32,000 nt of DNA, from contig NZ_LN885086.1 of the NCBI RefSeq assembly GCF_001458695.1, forward strand, positions 1,410,001-1,442,000, read 5' to 3'. The notes under the pieces are model-generated. The model ran no database searches. It was not told the origin of the DNA and saw only the letters and a list, made by a program, of their open reading frames with translations. Positions within the stretch are counted from its first letter, which is position 1. Every line of letters begins with the position of its first letter. This document shows positions 1-10,161 of the stretch, piece after piece. Origin of the DNA: Candidatus Nitrospira inopinata. Lineage in GTDB: Bacteria > Nitrospirota > Nitrospiria > Nitrospirales > Nitrospiraceae. A program made the translations under genes and the position numbers.

Positions 1-2
1 AC

Positions 3-470
3 GTGACGTCGTATCTCTCGAACATGCTGGTCGACTTCACCCATACCGATCGGCTGTATAAAATTCGGAACCGACACGATCAACCCGTCGATACGGTCGT
101 TGAGATGTTGTTTGAGTCCGAAGTGTTGTTGGAGGCGCAGTCGTTGGATCGCGAGCGGGACGTGCATCGCCATATCGGCGATTTCACCCTCTTCATGGCC
201 GGGCTGTTTCCGGAATACCTTCGCCGCCTCAAATCCGCCGGATTGATTTATCACAAGGATTTCCTGGTGGATTACGTGAAAACCGGAAAACGATCCTACG
301 GCATTGTGGCCCGGATCGGGCTCTCCACCGCCGAGGGCGATCCCCCGTTGTTCCAAAAACTGTCGGAAAACTTCGAACTCTGCGTCACCGGCCTGGGGTT
401 TGTTCGGTCGGATCTTGATCGGATGCAGAATCCCGTCTATCAAAAAACCCGCGACTTGCTTCTGAATTGA
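3..470 (+). CDS. conserved hypothetical protein; may be 5'-truncated by the window edge
   Basis: Open frame from the window edge (GTG at 3) to TGA 468-470. Composition is balanced, not R/P-rich. The stop overlaps the TTG start of the next gene (TTGA). No family recognised. Confidence 0.5.
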   Translation: MTSYLSNMLVDFTHTDRLYKIRNRHDQPVDTVVEMLFESEVLLEAQSLDRERDVHRHIGDFTLFMAGLFPEYLRRLKSAGLIYHKDFLVDYVKTGKRSYGIVARIGLSTAEGDPPLFQKLSENFELCVTGLGFVRSDLDRMQNPVYQKTRDLLLN

Positions 471-1348
471 AATCCGCAACTCATTTGATCCTGGCCCACG
501 GCGGCGCCGGCCGCCGATCGATGAGCGGCGCGCAAAGGGAGAACCTGCGGGCCGCTCTGGAAGTCGGCTACCATCTCTTGGAGCGTGGCGCGCCGGCGGC
601 CGCCGCCGTGGAACAGGCTATTCGCGTACTTGAGCGAAGCGGTCTTTTTAACGCGGGCTTGGGCGCCCGTCTTCAACTCGACGGCGCGCGCCGGATGGAT
701 GCGTCGATTATGGAGGGACGGGGGTTGCGAGCCGGCGCCGTCGCCTCGATGGAAGGCGTCGTGCATCCGATCACCGCCGCCCGCCTGGTCATGGAAGAAA
801 CGGATCACGTGTTGCTTGTGGGACCGATGGCGACGAGGTTTGCGAAACATTTCAAGCTGGAGCGTCGGCGGAGTCCCGCGCCGAAGCAGGTGCCATACGA
901 CAGGATGCTCAGGCGGGCGCGGCTTGCGCGCCAGCGCCACGGCACCGTCGGCGCCGTGGCGCTGGACCGTTGTGGGACAGTAGCGGCCGGCGCTTCCACC
1001 GGAGGGATCGCCCGTATGTTGCCGGGGCGGGTGGGCGATACGCCGTTGATCGGTTGCGGAGTCTATGCCGACAACCATGCCGGAGCCGTGTCGATGACGG
1101 GTATCGGGGAAGGGATCATCCGGCTGGTCGCGGCCAAAACGATCTGCGACCGATTGGAAAAGGGAGAAACACCGGCTTCAGCGGCGCGGCATGTACTCAA
1201 GATGTTGGTGGCAAGAATTCAGGGCTCGGCCGGGACGTTGGTGTTGGCGCCTGACGGCCGGTTCACGATCACGCACGTGACGCCTCACATGGCGGCCGGG
1301 TGGTGGAATGGAAAAGGGAAACCGATCGTTGGAGACTGTTTTCGGTAG
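467..1348 (+). CDS. iaaA: isoaspartyl peptidase / L-asparaginase (Ntn-hydrolase, asparaginase-2 family)
   Basis: N-terminal LILAHGGAG and the autoprocessing/nucleophile block HGTVGAVALD...AAGASTGG are typical of plant-type asparaginase / isoaspartyl aminopeptidase. The start codon is TTG, so the start is uncertain. Confidence 0.85.
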   Translation: MKSATHLILAHGGAGRRSMSGAQRENLRAALEVGYHLLERGAPAAAAVEQAIRVLERSGLFNAGLGARLQLDGARRMDASIMEGRGLRAGAVASMEGVVHPITAARLVMEETDHVLLVGPMATRFAKHFKLERRRSPAPKQVPYDRMLRRARLARQRHGTVGAVALDRCGTVAAGASTGGIARMLPGRVGDTPLIGCGVYADNHAGAVSMTGIGEGIIRLVAAKTICDRLEKGETPASAARHVLKMLVARIQGSAGTLVLAPDGRFTITHVTPHMAAGWWNGKGKPIVGDCFR

Positions 1349-1416
1349 GCGGCCGGCTTGTGTTGCGTGCAGGAAAATCCCGCGCATGGTGCGGAGCCAT
1401 CGAGCGCGGGAGCTGT

Positions 1417-2169
1417 TCACGGCCGATCCAGCTTTCCGCGAGGCGGAGGAGGCACGGATACGTGCCGGATGTCTCTGAGAATGCGCTGTTGCCGTTGCGT
1501 CAGGGCGGCGGTCTTTCTGAGGGGATCGTACCGTCGAGGGGAGGGGAGCATTGCCGCCAGCCAGGCCGCCTCGTCCTCGGTGAGCTCGGCGGCGGATTTA
1601 CCGAAATGATGGCGGGCCGCCGCTTCCGCTCCATAGACGCCTCGTCCCCATTCGGCCACGTTCAAGTAGATCTCCAGGATTCGTCTCTTGGTCAAGCGCC
1701 GTTCGAGCAGGCGCGTGATCAAGGCTTCCCGCATCTTTCGCAACAGAGACCGCTCGGACGAGAGGTACAGGTTTTTGGCGAGTTGTTGGGTGATGGTGCT
1801 CCCGCCTCGTTTCATTTCCCCGGCTTCGATATTATGAAGCGCGGCGTCTCGAATGCCTTCCCAATCGAATCCTTCGTGCGCAAAGAACGACGCGTCCTCG
1901 GCGGCGATCACCGCGCGTTGAAGGTGCGGGGAGATGCGCTCAAGAGGAACCCAAACCCATTGTCTCGAAAGCGGACGTTTTTGTGGGGGGAGCTCCGCCA
2001 GGCGCCGTTCCATCAGCGCGGTCGATGACGGATTGGCGCGGGCCAGTTCGGACACGTCCGGCAACGTGATCAACCAAATAAGCGCCAGGCATCCGCTGGG
2101 AACGCCGACGATCAGCAGGCTCCAAGCGAGAAGGCGGGCGACAAACCGGCGGCGAGTTGACTTAGGCAT
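1417..2169 (-). CDS. mtgA: monofunctional biosynthetic peptidoglycan transglycosylase (GT51)
   Basis: N-terminal TM helix, then GT51 motifs AVIAAEDASFFAHEGFDWEGI, GGSTITQQLAKNLYL and RILEIYLNVAEWG. Length of 250 aa fits MtgA. Confidence 0.9.
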   Translation of the reverse strand: MPKSTRRRFVARLLAWSLLIVGVPSGCLALIWLITLPDVSELARANPSSTALMERRLAELPPQKRPLSRQWVWVPLERISPHLQRAVIAAEDASFFAHEGFDWEGIRDAALHNIEAGEMKRGGSTITQQLAKNLYLSSERSLLRKMREALITRLLERRLTKRRILEIYLNVAEWGRGVYGAEAAARHHFGKSAAELTEDEAAWLAAMLPSPRRYDPLRKTAALTQRQQRILRDIRHVSVPPPPRGKLDRP

Positions 2170-2252
2170 GAGGGGCTGCGTATGTGTAACTGGCGACGGC
2201 TGGAAAAACGGCGGGCGCTCCGCCTCGACTCCGCTCGGTGCTCCGGTAACGC

Positions 2253-2855
2253 ATGAAAATTCTCGCGGCTGAGTTTATCAAAAGTTGCGTCGATCCCGAA
2301 CAGTTTCCGGCCGAGGATCATCCCGAGATCGCCTTTGTGGGGCGATCGAACGTGGGCAAGTCTTCCTTGATCAATTCGCTGCTGAATCGCCGGGAGCTGG
2401 CGAAGGTGAGCCGCACTCCCGGCAAAACGCGAGCGGTGAATGTGTTTGGGGTCTCGACGTCCGATCCCGATCTCGCGCGGTTTTATCTGGTGGATCTGCC
2501 GGGATATGGATTCGCCAAGGTCTCACGGTCGGTTCGGGTCCAGTGGGGGCCGTTGATCGAAACCTATCTGACTAAGCGGGCTTCACTGAGAGGCGTCGTC
2601 TTGCTGGTGGAAAGCCGCGTCGTCACCGATCAGGATCGCCAGACCCTTCTTTGGCTCCGTTCGATCGGGCGACCCCCGCTCGTCGTGGCGACCAAGGCCG
2701 ATAAACTCAAGCCGGCCGAGCGGGTGCGCGCGCTTCGCGAAATTCAGATGGAGTTGGGATTGATCGACGGAGAGGCGGTCATCCCCTACTCGTCGATGAC
2801 GGGGGACGGGAGAAATCGGGTATGGGGAAAGCTGCGCGACATGGTCAGAATTTGA
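2253..2855 (+). CDS. engB: ribosome-biogenesis GTPase EngB/YsxC/YihA
   Basis: P-loop GRSNVGKSSLINSLL, G3 LVDLPGYG, G4 ATKADK. 200 aa. ATG at 2253. Confidence 0.9.
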   Translation: MKILAAEFIKSCVDPEQFPAEDHPEIAFVGRSNVGKSSLINSLLNRRELAKVSRTPGKTRAVNVFGVSTSDPDLARFYLVDLPGYGFAKVSRSVRVQWGPLIETYLTKRASLRGVVLLVESRVVTDQDRQTLLWLRSIGRPPLVVATKADKLKPAERVRALREIQMELGLIDGEAVIPYSSMTGDGRNRVWGKLRDMVRI

Positions 2856-3801
2856 TTTCGATATAGGCCTTGTTTTTCAAGCCCGCGAGCCACGATTGGA
2901 ATCTCTCTTCGGCCTTCTGCTCGAAGATCAATCCTTGAATTTCCCGCTTGACCTCCTCAAAGGGGCGATACTGCCGCGGCTTTTTCTCGTCGACGCGCAA
3001 AATGTGAAACCCCTGAACGGTCTCGATGATATCCGTGACGGCTCCCGGCACAAGCGGCGCGATCGCCTGATCGATGGCCGGCAAGAGCTCGCCCTGCCGT
3101 ACGAGCCCCAGTTTTCCTCCCTCCAAGGCGTTGGGCCCCTCCGAATAGCGTAACGCCACGTCCTCGAACCGCTCGCCGCGCTTCAATTCATCCATGGCCT
3201 TGCGGATTTTCGCCAAGGCGTCGGGGACATCATCGGCCGAACGGGACCGGACAAGGATCTGACTCAGCAGGTACTCCTCGGGAACGGCGAAGCGATCCCG
3301 GTGTTCCTGATAGTATCGCTTCATTTCCGACTCGCCGACCATGACGGCGCCCCGGACTTCACGGTCCACCACTCGCATCAGCAGCATTTGTTCGCGGAGA
3401 GAACGCCGCTGTCGGGGATCGGCAAGGTCCACCGTCGAACCCTGGAGCTTGAGCTGCTCGGCGGCCTGCGCAAGTTCCATATCCGATACGTCGATGCCCT
3501 TGGCCTTGGCTTCCTGCAATTGCAACCTTTGCTCGATCAGCTTCGTGAGCGCCATGGATTCCGCCGTCTTGACCCGTTGCGCGAGATCTTCTCCTCGGTG
3601 CTGTCGCTTGATCTGTTGCAGTTGCGGTTCACATTCGCGCTTCACGTCGGACAACATGATCAGATCGGAATTCACGACCGCGACGATGCGGTCCTCAAGA
3701 TACGCCGAGGCGAAGGTCGGGGCGAGCCAGGAGAGGCCGAACGCCAACCAGGTCATCGCGGCAAAGACCGTTCCGTCTTGTTTCTTGCAAATGGCCGGCA
3801 T
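2845..3801 (-). CDS. SurA-like periplasmic chaperone / parvulin-type peptidyl-prolyl isomerase
   Basis: Signal-like N-terminus (MTWLAFGLSWLAPTFASA), SurA-N-like helical region and a C-terminal parvulin block GGKLGLVRQGELLPAIDQA...VQGFHILRV. The ORF is open up to 3942. I prefer ATG 3801 (AGAGGA 8 nt upstream, start of the signal peptide). Confidence 0.75.
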   Translation of the reverse strand: MPAICKKQDGTVFAAMTWLAFGLSWLAPTFASAYLEDRIVAVVNSDLIMLSDVKRECEPQLQQIKRQHRGEDLAQRVKTAESMALTKLIEQRLQLQEAKAKGIDVSDMELAQAAEQLKLQGSTVDLADPRQRRSLREQMLLMRVVDREVRGAVMVGESEMKRYYQEHRDRFAVPEEYLLSQILVRSRSADDVPDALAKIRKAMDELKRGERFEDVALRYSEGPNALEGGKLGLVRQGELLPAIDQAIAPLVPGAVTDIIETVQGFHILRVDEKKPRQYRPFEEVKREIQGLIFEQKAEERFQSWLAGLKNKAYIEIKF

Positions 3802-3892
3802 GATTTCAATCCTCTGTGCGACGGGGAGCAAGAACAGCCCGTTTTTCATTGTACACGAAGCGAGCCGCTTGGCGGAAAGCCGGAAAGGAAAT

Positions 3893-4828
3893 TTACGGTA
3901 TCGGGGCCGTTTCTTCAGAAACGGGACGAGCGACGTCCCCAAGACGAACGGTCGCCTTGGCCCGAATGTCGGCGATCACTTCCTCAAACCGCTTGCGGCG
4001 CTTGTCGGCCAGCAGCTCCTGGCGGAGCCGTTCTTGAATGGCCAGGTCGGCCTCGATCACTTCCCGTTCAAGCGGCGTGGTCATGACCAAGTAGTAGCCC
4101 TCCTCCGTCTTGATCGGCGCGCTGATCAATCCCGGTTTGAGGGCGTGAATGACGGCGTCGACTTCGGGAGGGACCAGGCCCTTTCGATAGGGGCCGAGGT
4201 CGCCGCCCTTGGCTTTCGTTTTTTCATCGATGGAGTACCGTTGGGCGAACTTCGCAAAACTGCCTCCGCGGTTGATCTGGCTCTCAAGATCTTTGGCGGC
4301 GTACACGTTCGGCAGAAGCATCACCGACACTTGGACTTTCAAGGGGTCGAGCAACTCGTGCGCGTGCTGTTGATAATAGGCGTCCAGCTCGGCTTTCGAG
4401 AGTTCGACGTCCGACAAGAGTCGGTCCTTCAACAGTTCGTCGATGAGCAGTTGTTCCTTGTACCGCTGAACCTTATCCCGAACGGCGTCGGTTTGGTCGA
4501 GGCCCCGCTGTCGCGCCTCCTGCAGGAGCAGTTCCCTTGTGACGAGATCGTCCAGAAACCGCCGCATGCCGCCCTCTTTCTGGTATCGGGCGCGGGTCGC
4601 GTCCGAGAGCTCCTTCCACCGGCGTTCAAATTCTCTTTGGGTGATGGGGCGCCCGTTCACCAGCGCCACGACCGGTTCTTCCTCCTGCGGCTGGACGGCG
4701 CATCCGTGAACGAACGGATCCACGGCCATGAGAAGGGCGACGAGGAGCGGGGCGACGGGGACGCGGAAGCGATGGTCGAGATAGAGGCGGCTTGGCATCG
4801 TCGGCGACTGCGGATGAATTCGATTCAT
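3893..4828 (-). CDS. PpiC/PrsA-type peptidyl-prolyl cis-trans isomerase, probable lipoprotein
   Basis: N-terminal hydrophobic stretch ending FVHGC (lipobox-like). Parvulin block GGDLGPYRKGLVPPEVDAVIHALKPGLISAPIKTEEGYYLV. The start overlaps the mfd stop by 4 nt. Confidence 0.75.
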   Translation of the reverse strand: MNRIHPQSPTMPSRLYLDHRFRVPVAPLLVALLMAVDPFVHGCAVQPQEEEPVVALVNGRPITQREFERRWKELSDATRARYQKEGGMRRFLDDLVTRELLLQEARQRGLDQTDAVRDKVQRYKEQLLIDELLKDRLLSDVELSKAELDAYYQQHAHELLDPLKVQVSVMLLPNVYAAKDLESQINRGGSFAKFAQRYSIDEKTKAKGGDLGPYRKGLVPPEVDAVIHALKPGLISAPIKTEEGYYLVMTTPLEREVIEADLAIQERLRQELLADKRRKRFEEVIADIRAKATVRLGDVARPVSEETAPIP

Positions 4829-7800
4829 GGACCGGGCGCGGCCTGTTCCCCGCTGTTGGTATCACAGAGGCTGAGGCTTTGCAAGGCTGCGTTCAGTTCC
4901 ACGTAGACGGAGGGCCAGTCCTCCCGCGGCATCCGGATCTCGAACGACCGCGGGCTCACGAACCGCAGCCGCTTCTGGAACCGCTTCATCAGGCGATGAA
5001 TCGCGCTCTCGGGGGCGGGAGCGGTCGGCCCGAACGTCAGAACGGCCGACGCGCCGTGCACGTCGATCGAGGTCAGTCGGAGACGTTTGGCGTGGATGCG
5101 GAGCTGCATGACTTCCAGCAGCCGTTCGACCGGCTCCGGCGGATGGCCGTAGCGGTCTTGGATTTCCCCGTGGAGCAACGCCAGCTCGCCGATCTGGTTG
5201 CAGGCGCTCAGGCGCTTGTAAAGCGACAACCGCTGATGCGGGTCGGTCACGAAATCCTCGGGAATAAAAGCCGACACGGGCAACTGGAGCGTCGAGTCCG
5301 GTTCCTCTTCGACGACGCGGCCTTTGAGCCGCTGCACCGCCTGTTCGACCATTTGCATGTAGAGGTCCAGGCCGACCGCCGCGATGTGGCCGGATTGTTG
5401 TTTGCCCAGCAGGTTGCCGGCTCCGCGGATTTCGAGATCGGCGGCGGCGATGCGGAATCCCGAGCCCAGTTCGGTGAATTGTTGAATGGCGATCAGCCGT
5501 TTTTGCGCGTCGCCGGTGAGAGTTCCTTCATCGGGGATCAGAAAGTAGGCGAACGCTTGTTCTCCGCCTCTGCCCACTCGCCCGCGCAGTTGGTACAACT
5601 GCGCGAGACCGAACGTGTCGGCCCGGTTGACGATGATCGTGTTGGCGTTGGGGACGTCGAGACCCGATTGGATGATGGCCGAGGCGATCAGGACGTCCGC
5701 GTCACGCTTGACGAACTTGAGCATGACCGCTTCCAGCGGCTTGGCGTTCATTTGACCGTGCGCCATGACCATGCGGGCTTCCGGTACCAGTCGACGCAGC
5801 CAGGCCCCGGTTTGTTCCATGGTCTCGACTCGGTTGTGGACGAAGTACACCTGCCCGCCTCGCCCCAGCTCGCGCAGAATCGCGTCCCGCACGATTTTGT
5901 CGCTTGCGCGGACGACTTCCGTCTTGATCGCCAGCCGGCCGGCCGGCGGCGTTTCGATGACGGACAGGTCTCGGACGCCCGACATGGCCATTTGCAGCGT
6001 GCGGGGAATGGGCGTGGCGGTGAGCGTCAACACGTCCACCTGCGTGCGGAGTTGTTTCAATCGCTCCTTGTGTTTCACGCCGAACCATTGCTCTTCGTCG
6101 ATGATGACGAGACCGAGATTGCGGAACGTCACGTGTTTCTGAAGCAGGCGATGGGTGCCGATGACGACGTCGACGGCGCCGGACGCGACGTCCGCGACGA
6201 CGGTCTTGCTCTCCTGGGGCGATTGAAACCGGGAGAGCAGGGCGACGCGAACGGGAAACGGGGCGAATCGCTCCGCGAAGGTTTCGTAATGTTGATGGGC
6301 GAGCAGCGTGGTCGGCACCAACACCGCCACTTGACGACCGTGTTCCACGGCCTTGAAGGCGGCGCGCATGGCCACCTCCGTTTTGCCGTACCCGACGTCG
6401 CCGCAGACGAGTCGGTCCATCGGCTTCGTCGATTCCATGTCGCGGAAGATGTCTTCGACGACTTTCCGTTGATCCGGCGTCTCTTCATACTCGAACGCGG
6501 CCTCGAATTCATGATAGAGCATGCCTCCCGTTTCGTACGAGGGGCGCTTCACCAATTCCCGGCTGGCGTACAGCTCCACCAGTTCGTGGGCCATTTCCTC
6601 GATGTCTTTTTTGACCCGCGCCGTCGTCTTCGCCCACGTGGTTCCGCCGAGGCGGTTGAGACGGGGAACGTGGCTCTCGGCTCCGCTGTACCGTTGGACT
6701 TGGTTGAGTCGGTCGAGCGGAACGTACAGGGTGTCGCCTCCGGCGAACTCCAGCGTCAGATAGTCGCTTTCGAAGTCTTGGACGGCGAGGCGCTTGAGCC
6801 CCCGGTACTTGGCGATCCCGTGTTGGACATGCACCACGTAATCGCCGACGTTCAGATCGTCCAACGACGACAGAAAGGTGGCCGTTTTGCTTTTCGGCTG
6901 AGGCTTGTGACGGGCGCCTTTCGCGAACAGCTCCTCTTCCGTCAAAACGGCCAGGCGCAGATCGCCGGAGAGAAAGCCGGACGACAACTCGCCGTGCATG
7001 ACCTGAAACGGAAGCTTCTCCTCGCTCCGGCGGGACCAGATCTCCGGCCGCCATTCGTCCGCCGGCAAGTCGTGCTCTCGGAAGAGCGCCAGCAGCCGAT
7101 CCACTTGCCCCCGGCTTCTGGCCACCAAAATGACCCGATGGTCCGCGCGGAGACGATCCAAGAGGGTGAGGGTCTGACTGAAAGGGGTGCCTCTGATGCC
7201 CAATCCGGCGGCGGCCGGCGTCTGTCCGGCGAAGGAACAGGTGAAATCCCATGTTCCGTCCGGAGTCGCCAGCGGCTCGATCGCCAGGGTCGGCCACGTT
7301 GCCGTGGCGCGCTGGATCTCGTCCCACGTCAAGAAGAGCGTCTCCGGCGAGGGGTAGGGACGCGAGGCGTCGCGATCCGCGTGCCGGAGATAGCCGTCCT
7401 CGATCTTCTCCCAGGCCGCCCGGCAAGCCCGCCGTAACGATTCCGGTTGATCGAGAACCAAGCAGGGAGCTCCCGCCAGGTATTGGAACAAGGAATCCAT
7501 CCGGCCGTAGATCTCCGGGCTGCGCCACTCCGCGTCCGGTGGGATGGAAGACAAGGCCTCCGGGTCATCGACGGCGCGGAGGAACTCCCGAGCCGGCAAC
7601 ACCAGTCCCTCTCCGATCGTTTTGATCGAGGTCTGTGTCGAGGCGTCGAACAGGCGGATCGATTCGACTTGATCGCCGAGCAATTCGATCCGGATCGGAT
7701 CGGCGTGGGCGGTCGAAAAAATATCGATGATGCCGCCGCGAACGCTGAACTCGCCCGGAATGTCCACGACCGACACGCGCCGGTACCCCAGACGCAGGAG

Positions 7801-8313
7801 GGCGGCCAGCATCGGCTCTCGCTCATACGTCTCTCCTGACTTGACGCGAATGACGGCCGGCTCGAACGTGGCGCGAGGCACCAGGCGGTGCATGGCGGCG
7901 GTCACGGAGGCGACCAACACGGCGGGGCCGCCGGCGCACAGTTTGTGGAGCGTCGTCATGCGGCGGGCGATCAGTCCGACGTGGGGCGCCGTACCCTCGT
8001 ACGGCAAGGTTTCCCACTCGGGGAACCAGGCCAGGCTATCCGACGGCAGACCCAGAAGAGCGTGGGAAAACGAGAGGTCGTTGAACAGCCGTTCCGCCGA
8101 TCCCTCATCGGCGGTCAAGATCACCAATGGGCGAGGCCAATCGGGGGGGCTGGCCTGGGCCTGAATCAACAGGCTGAGGGCGAAGGCCGGCGTGGATCCA
8201 TGCAGGCCGGTCATGCAGACACGGGCCCGGTCTTGGTGCAAGGCCGAACGGAGGGGGACCAGCCATGGCGGAGGGGGCTGCATCGGTGAAGAGTGAGCGC
8301 CGGTGTCGGACAC
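4825..8313 (-). CDS. mfd: transcription-repair coupling factor Mfd
   Basis: 1162 aa. UvrB-homology N-terminus, CarD-like block VGDYVVHVQHGIAKYRG, superfamily-2 helicase motifs (GDVGYGKTEVAMRA, DEEQWFG, TATPIPRTL) and a TRG/TRCF C-terminus. GTG at 8313; alternative ATG at 8283. Confidence 0.95.
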   Translation of the reverse strand: MSDTGAHSSPMQPPPPWLVPLRSALHQDRARVCMTGLHGSTPAFALSLLIQAQASPPDWPRPLVILTADEGSAERLFNDLSFSHALLGLPSDSLAWFPEWETLPYEGTAPHVGLIARRMTTLHKLCAGGPAVLVASVTAAMHRLVPRATFEPAVIRVKSGETYEREPMLAALLRLGYRRVSVVDIPGEFSVRGGIIDIFSTAHADPIRIELLGDQVESIRLFDASTQTSIKTIGEGLVLPAREFLRAVDDPEALSSIPPDAEWRSPEIYGRMDSLFQYLAGAPCLVLDQPESLRRACRAAWEKIEDGYLRHADRDASRPYPSPETLFLTWDEIQRATATWPTLAIEPLATPDGTWDFTCSFAGQTPAAAGLGIRGTPFSQTLTLLDRLRADHRVILVARSRGQVDRLLALFREHDLPADEWRPEIWSRRSEEKLPFQVMHGELSSGFLSGDLRLAVLTEEELFAKGARHKPQPKSKTATFLSSLDDLNVGDYVVHVQHGIAKYRGLKRLAVQDFESDYLTLEFAGGDTLYVPLDRLNQVQRYSGAESHVPRLNRLGGTTWAKTTARVKKDIEEMAHELVELYASRELVKRPSYETGGMLYHEFEAAFEYEETPDQRKVVEDIFRDMESTKPMDRLVCGDVGYGKTEVAMRAAFKAVEHGRQVAVLVPTTLLAHQHYETFAERFAPFPVRVALLSRFQSPQESKTVVADVASGAVDVVIGTHRLLQKHVTFRNLGLVIIDEEQWFGVKHKERLKQLRTQVDVLTLTATPIPRTLQMAMSGVRDLSVIETPPAGRLAIKTEVVRASDKIVRDAILRELGRGGQVYFVHNRVETMEQTGAWLRRLVPEARMVMAHGQMNAKPLEAVMLKFVKRDADVLIASAIIQSGLDVPNANTIIVNRADTFGLAQLYQLRGRVGRGGEQAFAYFLIPDEGTLTGDAQKRLIAIQQFTELGSGFRIAAADLEIRGAGNLLGKQQSGHIAAVGLDLYMQMVEQAVQRLKGRVVEEEPDSTLQLPVSAFIPEDFVTDPHQRLSLYKRLSACNQIGELALLHGEIQDRYGHPPEPVERLLEVMQLRIHAKRLRLTSIDVHGASAVLTFGPTAPAPESAIHRLMKRFQKRLRFVSPRSFEIRMPREDWPSVYVELNAALQSLSLCDTNSGEQAAPGP

Positions 8314-8316
8314 GGC

Positions 8317-8799
8317 TCACGCGGCGGTTGACCGGATGCGACGGAGCAGCGCGGTCGTGGACACGTCGGGAACCAGGGGAATGGTCTTCACGATCCCTCC
8401 TCCGGCCTCGACGATCTCGCGGCCGACGATCCTGTCGATCGACCAGTCGCCCCCCTTCACGAGCACGTCCGGCTGGACGTCGGCGATCACCCGTCGAGGG
8501 TCGGGCTCGGAGAAGATCACGACGTAATCCACGCATTCCAGGGCCGCCAGAACCTCAGCCCGTTGAACGTCGGGGACGACGGGACGATCCGGTCCCTTGT
8601 TCAGGCTCCGCACCGAGTCGTCGCTGTTGACGCCCACCACCAGGAGGTCGCCGAGCGTTTTGGCCTGTTGAAGATATCTGACGTGGCCGACGTGCATGAG
8701 ATCGAAACAGCCGTTGGTGAAGACGATCCGTTTCCGGTCGGCGCGCGCCCGCTCAAGGATCGGGGTCAATTGCGCGACGGTCAGGACTTTCTCTCGCAT
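8317..8799 (-). CDS. rfaE2: D-glycero-beta-D-manno-heptose-1-phosphate adenylyltransferase (RfaE/HldE domain II, cytidylyltransferase fold)
   Basis: FTNGCFDLMHVGHVRYL (HxGH nucleotidyltransferase motif). 160 aa, the typical stand-alone domain II size. Confidence 0.85.
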   Translation of the reverse strand: MREKVLTVAQLTPILERARADRKRIVFTNGCFDLMHVGHVRYLQQAKTLGDLLVVGVNSDDSVRSLNKGPDRPVVPDVQRAEVLAALECVDYVVIFSEPDPRRVIADVQPDVLVKGGDWSIDRIVGREIVEAGGGIVKTIPLVPDVSTTALLRRIRSTAA

Positions 8800-8946
8800 G
8801 CCGCATCATACCCATTCGAATGCCGAGATGAAAAGGGAGAAGACGACGGGGGCGCCGGACACCGTTTCCTGTGAGGCGTCACGAACCGCTCCGATGAAAG
8901 GCGAAGGCCGACGCTTGACCCGAACCACACCGGTGAAGGTGCCAAA

Positions 8947-10113
8947 TCATTCTTTTGGGGACACGCCTCCCAGGCCGATCACGGAGGAGCCGTAGCGGGC
9001 GATGAGCGAGTCCATGGCTTGGATGGCTCTGGCTCTTCGTTCATCGAACAGCCCCGGCGCGGCGGGGGCGAGGTCCGTGAGTGCGAGGCCGGCCAGGCGA
9101 TAGGCCGTGCCGGGCTTGATGAGATCGTGGAAGACTTGCCGCACCGTCGGCCACATGTCCGGCTCATAATTGAGCGGGCGGGAAAACCGTCGCCGTTTGG
9201 TGGTGACGGTAAACCGCGAGTCCTTGAGTTTCACGGCGCAAGCGGCGGCGGCCGCTCCGTCTTGCCGAAGGTCGTGGGCCAGCACGCTCAGGAATCCGCG
9301 CAGCGTCCGTTCGAGCAATGAACGATCGCGCGTATCCCGATCAAACGTCGTTTCACGGCTGATGCTTTTTGATTCCCGATCGGAGACGACCGGTTCTTGA
9401 TCGATTCCTCGCGCCAGGTCTCTGACGGCGGTCAGACCGTCGCCGAGCAGATGCCGGAGCGGACCGTCCCAACGGGCGTCCAGGAGGTCGCCGATGGTTG
9501 TGAGCCCGAGCCTCGTCATTTTTGATTCCGTCTTGGGGCCGACGCCGGGCAAGGCCCGCAGAGGACAGGGAGCAAGAAAAGACGGTTTGGCCCCCGGTTC
9601 GACCACGATAAGTCCGTCCGGTTTATGGCGGTCGGCGGCGATTTTGGCGACGGTCTTGCCGGAGGCGATCGCGATGGTGCAACGAAGGCCGGTTGCGGCA
9701 AAGAGTTCGTCTTTCACGAGCCGCCCCAATGTCACGGGATCGGGATGCAGCGATTGCAGCTCCGTGGTCTCGGCATAGAATTCGTCGATGCTGCTCCATT
9801 CGGTCAAGGGGAACAGCCGATCGGTCACAGCCCGCATGGTCTCATGCAATCGTCGATACAACGGCCGATCCGGCGGGAGGAGGATGAGGTCCGGACACAA
9901 TTGAAGGGCTTTGGCCGTGGGCATGGCGGAGCGTACGCCGAAGGCCCTCACGGCGTAGCTCGCCGCCGCAATGATTCCCCGCGGCGGCGGTCCTCCGACC
10001 GCGATCGGTTTGCCGGCAAGAGAAGGGTCCTTGATTACGGCGGCGGACGCAAACATGGCGTCCACGTCGGCGAACAAGACTTGGCGCGGCCAGCGCGAGG
10101 GAGGCATCGTCAT
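8947..10113 (-). CDS. dinB: DNA polymerase IV (Y-family translesion polymerase)
   Basis: FADVDAMFASAAV (catalytic Asp block), SIDEFY, CTIAIASGKTVAKIAADRHKPDG and LPGVGPKTESKM (HhH). 388 aa. Confidence 0.9.
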   Translation of the reverse strand: MTMPPSRWPRQVLFADVDAMFASAAVIKDPSLAGKPIAVGGPPPRGIIAAASYAVRAFGVRSAMPTAKALQLCPDLILLPPDRPLYRRLHETMRAVTDRLFPLTEWSSIDEFYAETTELQSLHPDPVTLGRLVKDELFAATGLRCTIAIASGKTVAKIAADRHKPDGLIVVEPGAKPSFLAPCPLRALPGVGPKTESKMTRLGLTTIGDLLDARWDGPLRHLLGDGLTAVRDLARGIDQEPVVSDRESKSISRETTFDRDTRDRSLLERTLRGFLSVLAHDLRQDGAAAAACAVKLKDSRFTVTTKRRRFSRPLNYEPDMWPTVRQVFHDLIKPGTAYRLAGLALTDLAPAAPGLFDERRARAIQAMDSLIARYGSSVIGLGGVSPKE

Positions 10114-10161
10114 CGGTCATTCCCGGGATGAAAGAAAGATCGAAGTCGGAACGGGAAAATT

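Noticed and set aside
3341-4906. 521-aa plus-strand ORF (with 3301-4086)
   Set aside because: It is antisense to the two parvulin PPIase genes, which have clear rotamase motifs and signal peptides.
4792-7437. 881-aa plus-strand ORF
   Set aside because: It is antisense to mfd, which has unmistakable helicase/TRCF motifs. The product is R/G/P/D-rich with no recognisable motifs, a typical high-GC shadow ORF.
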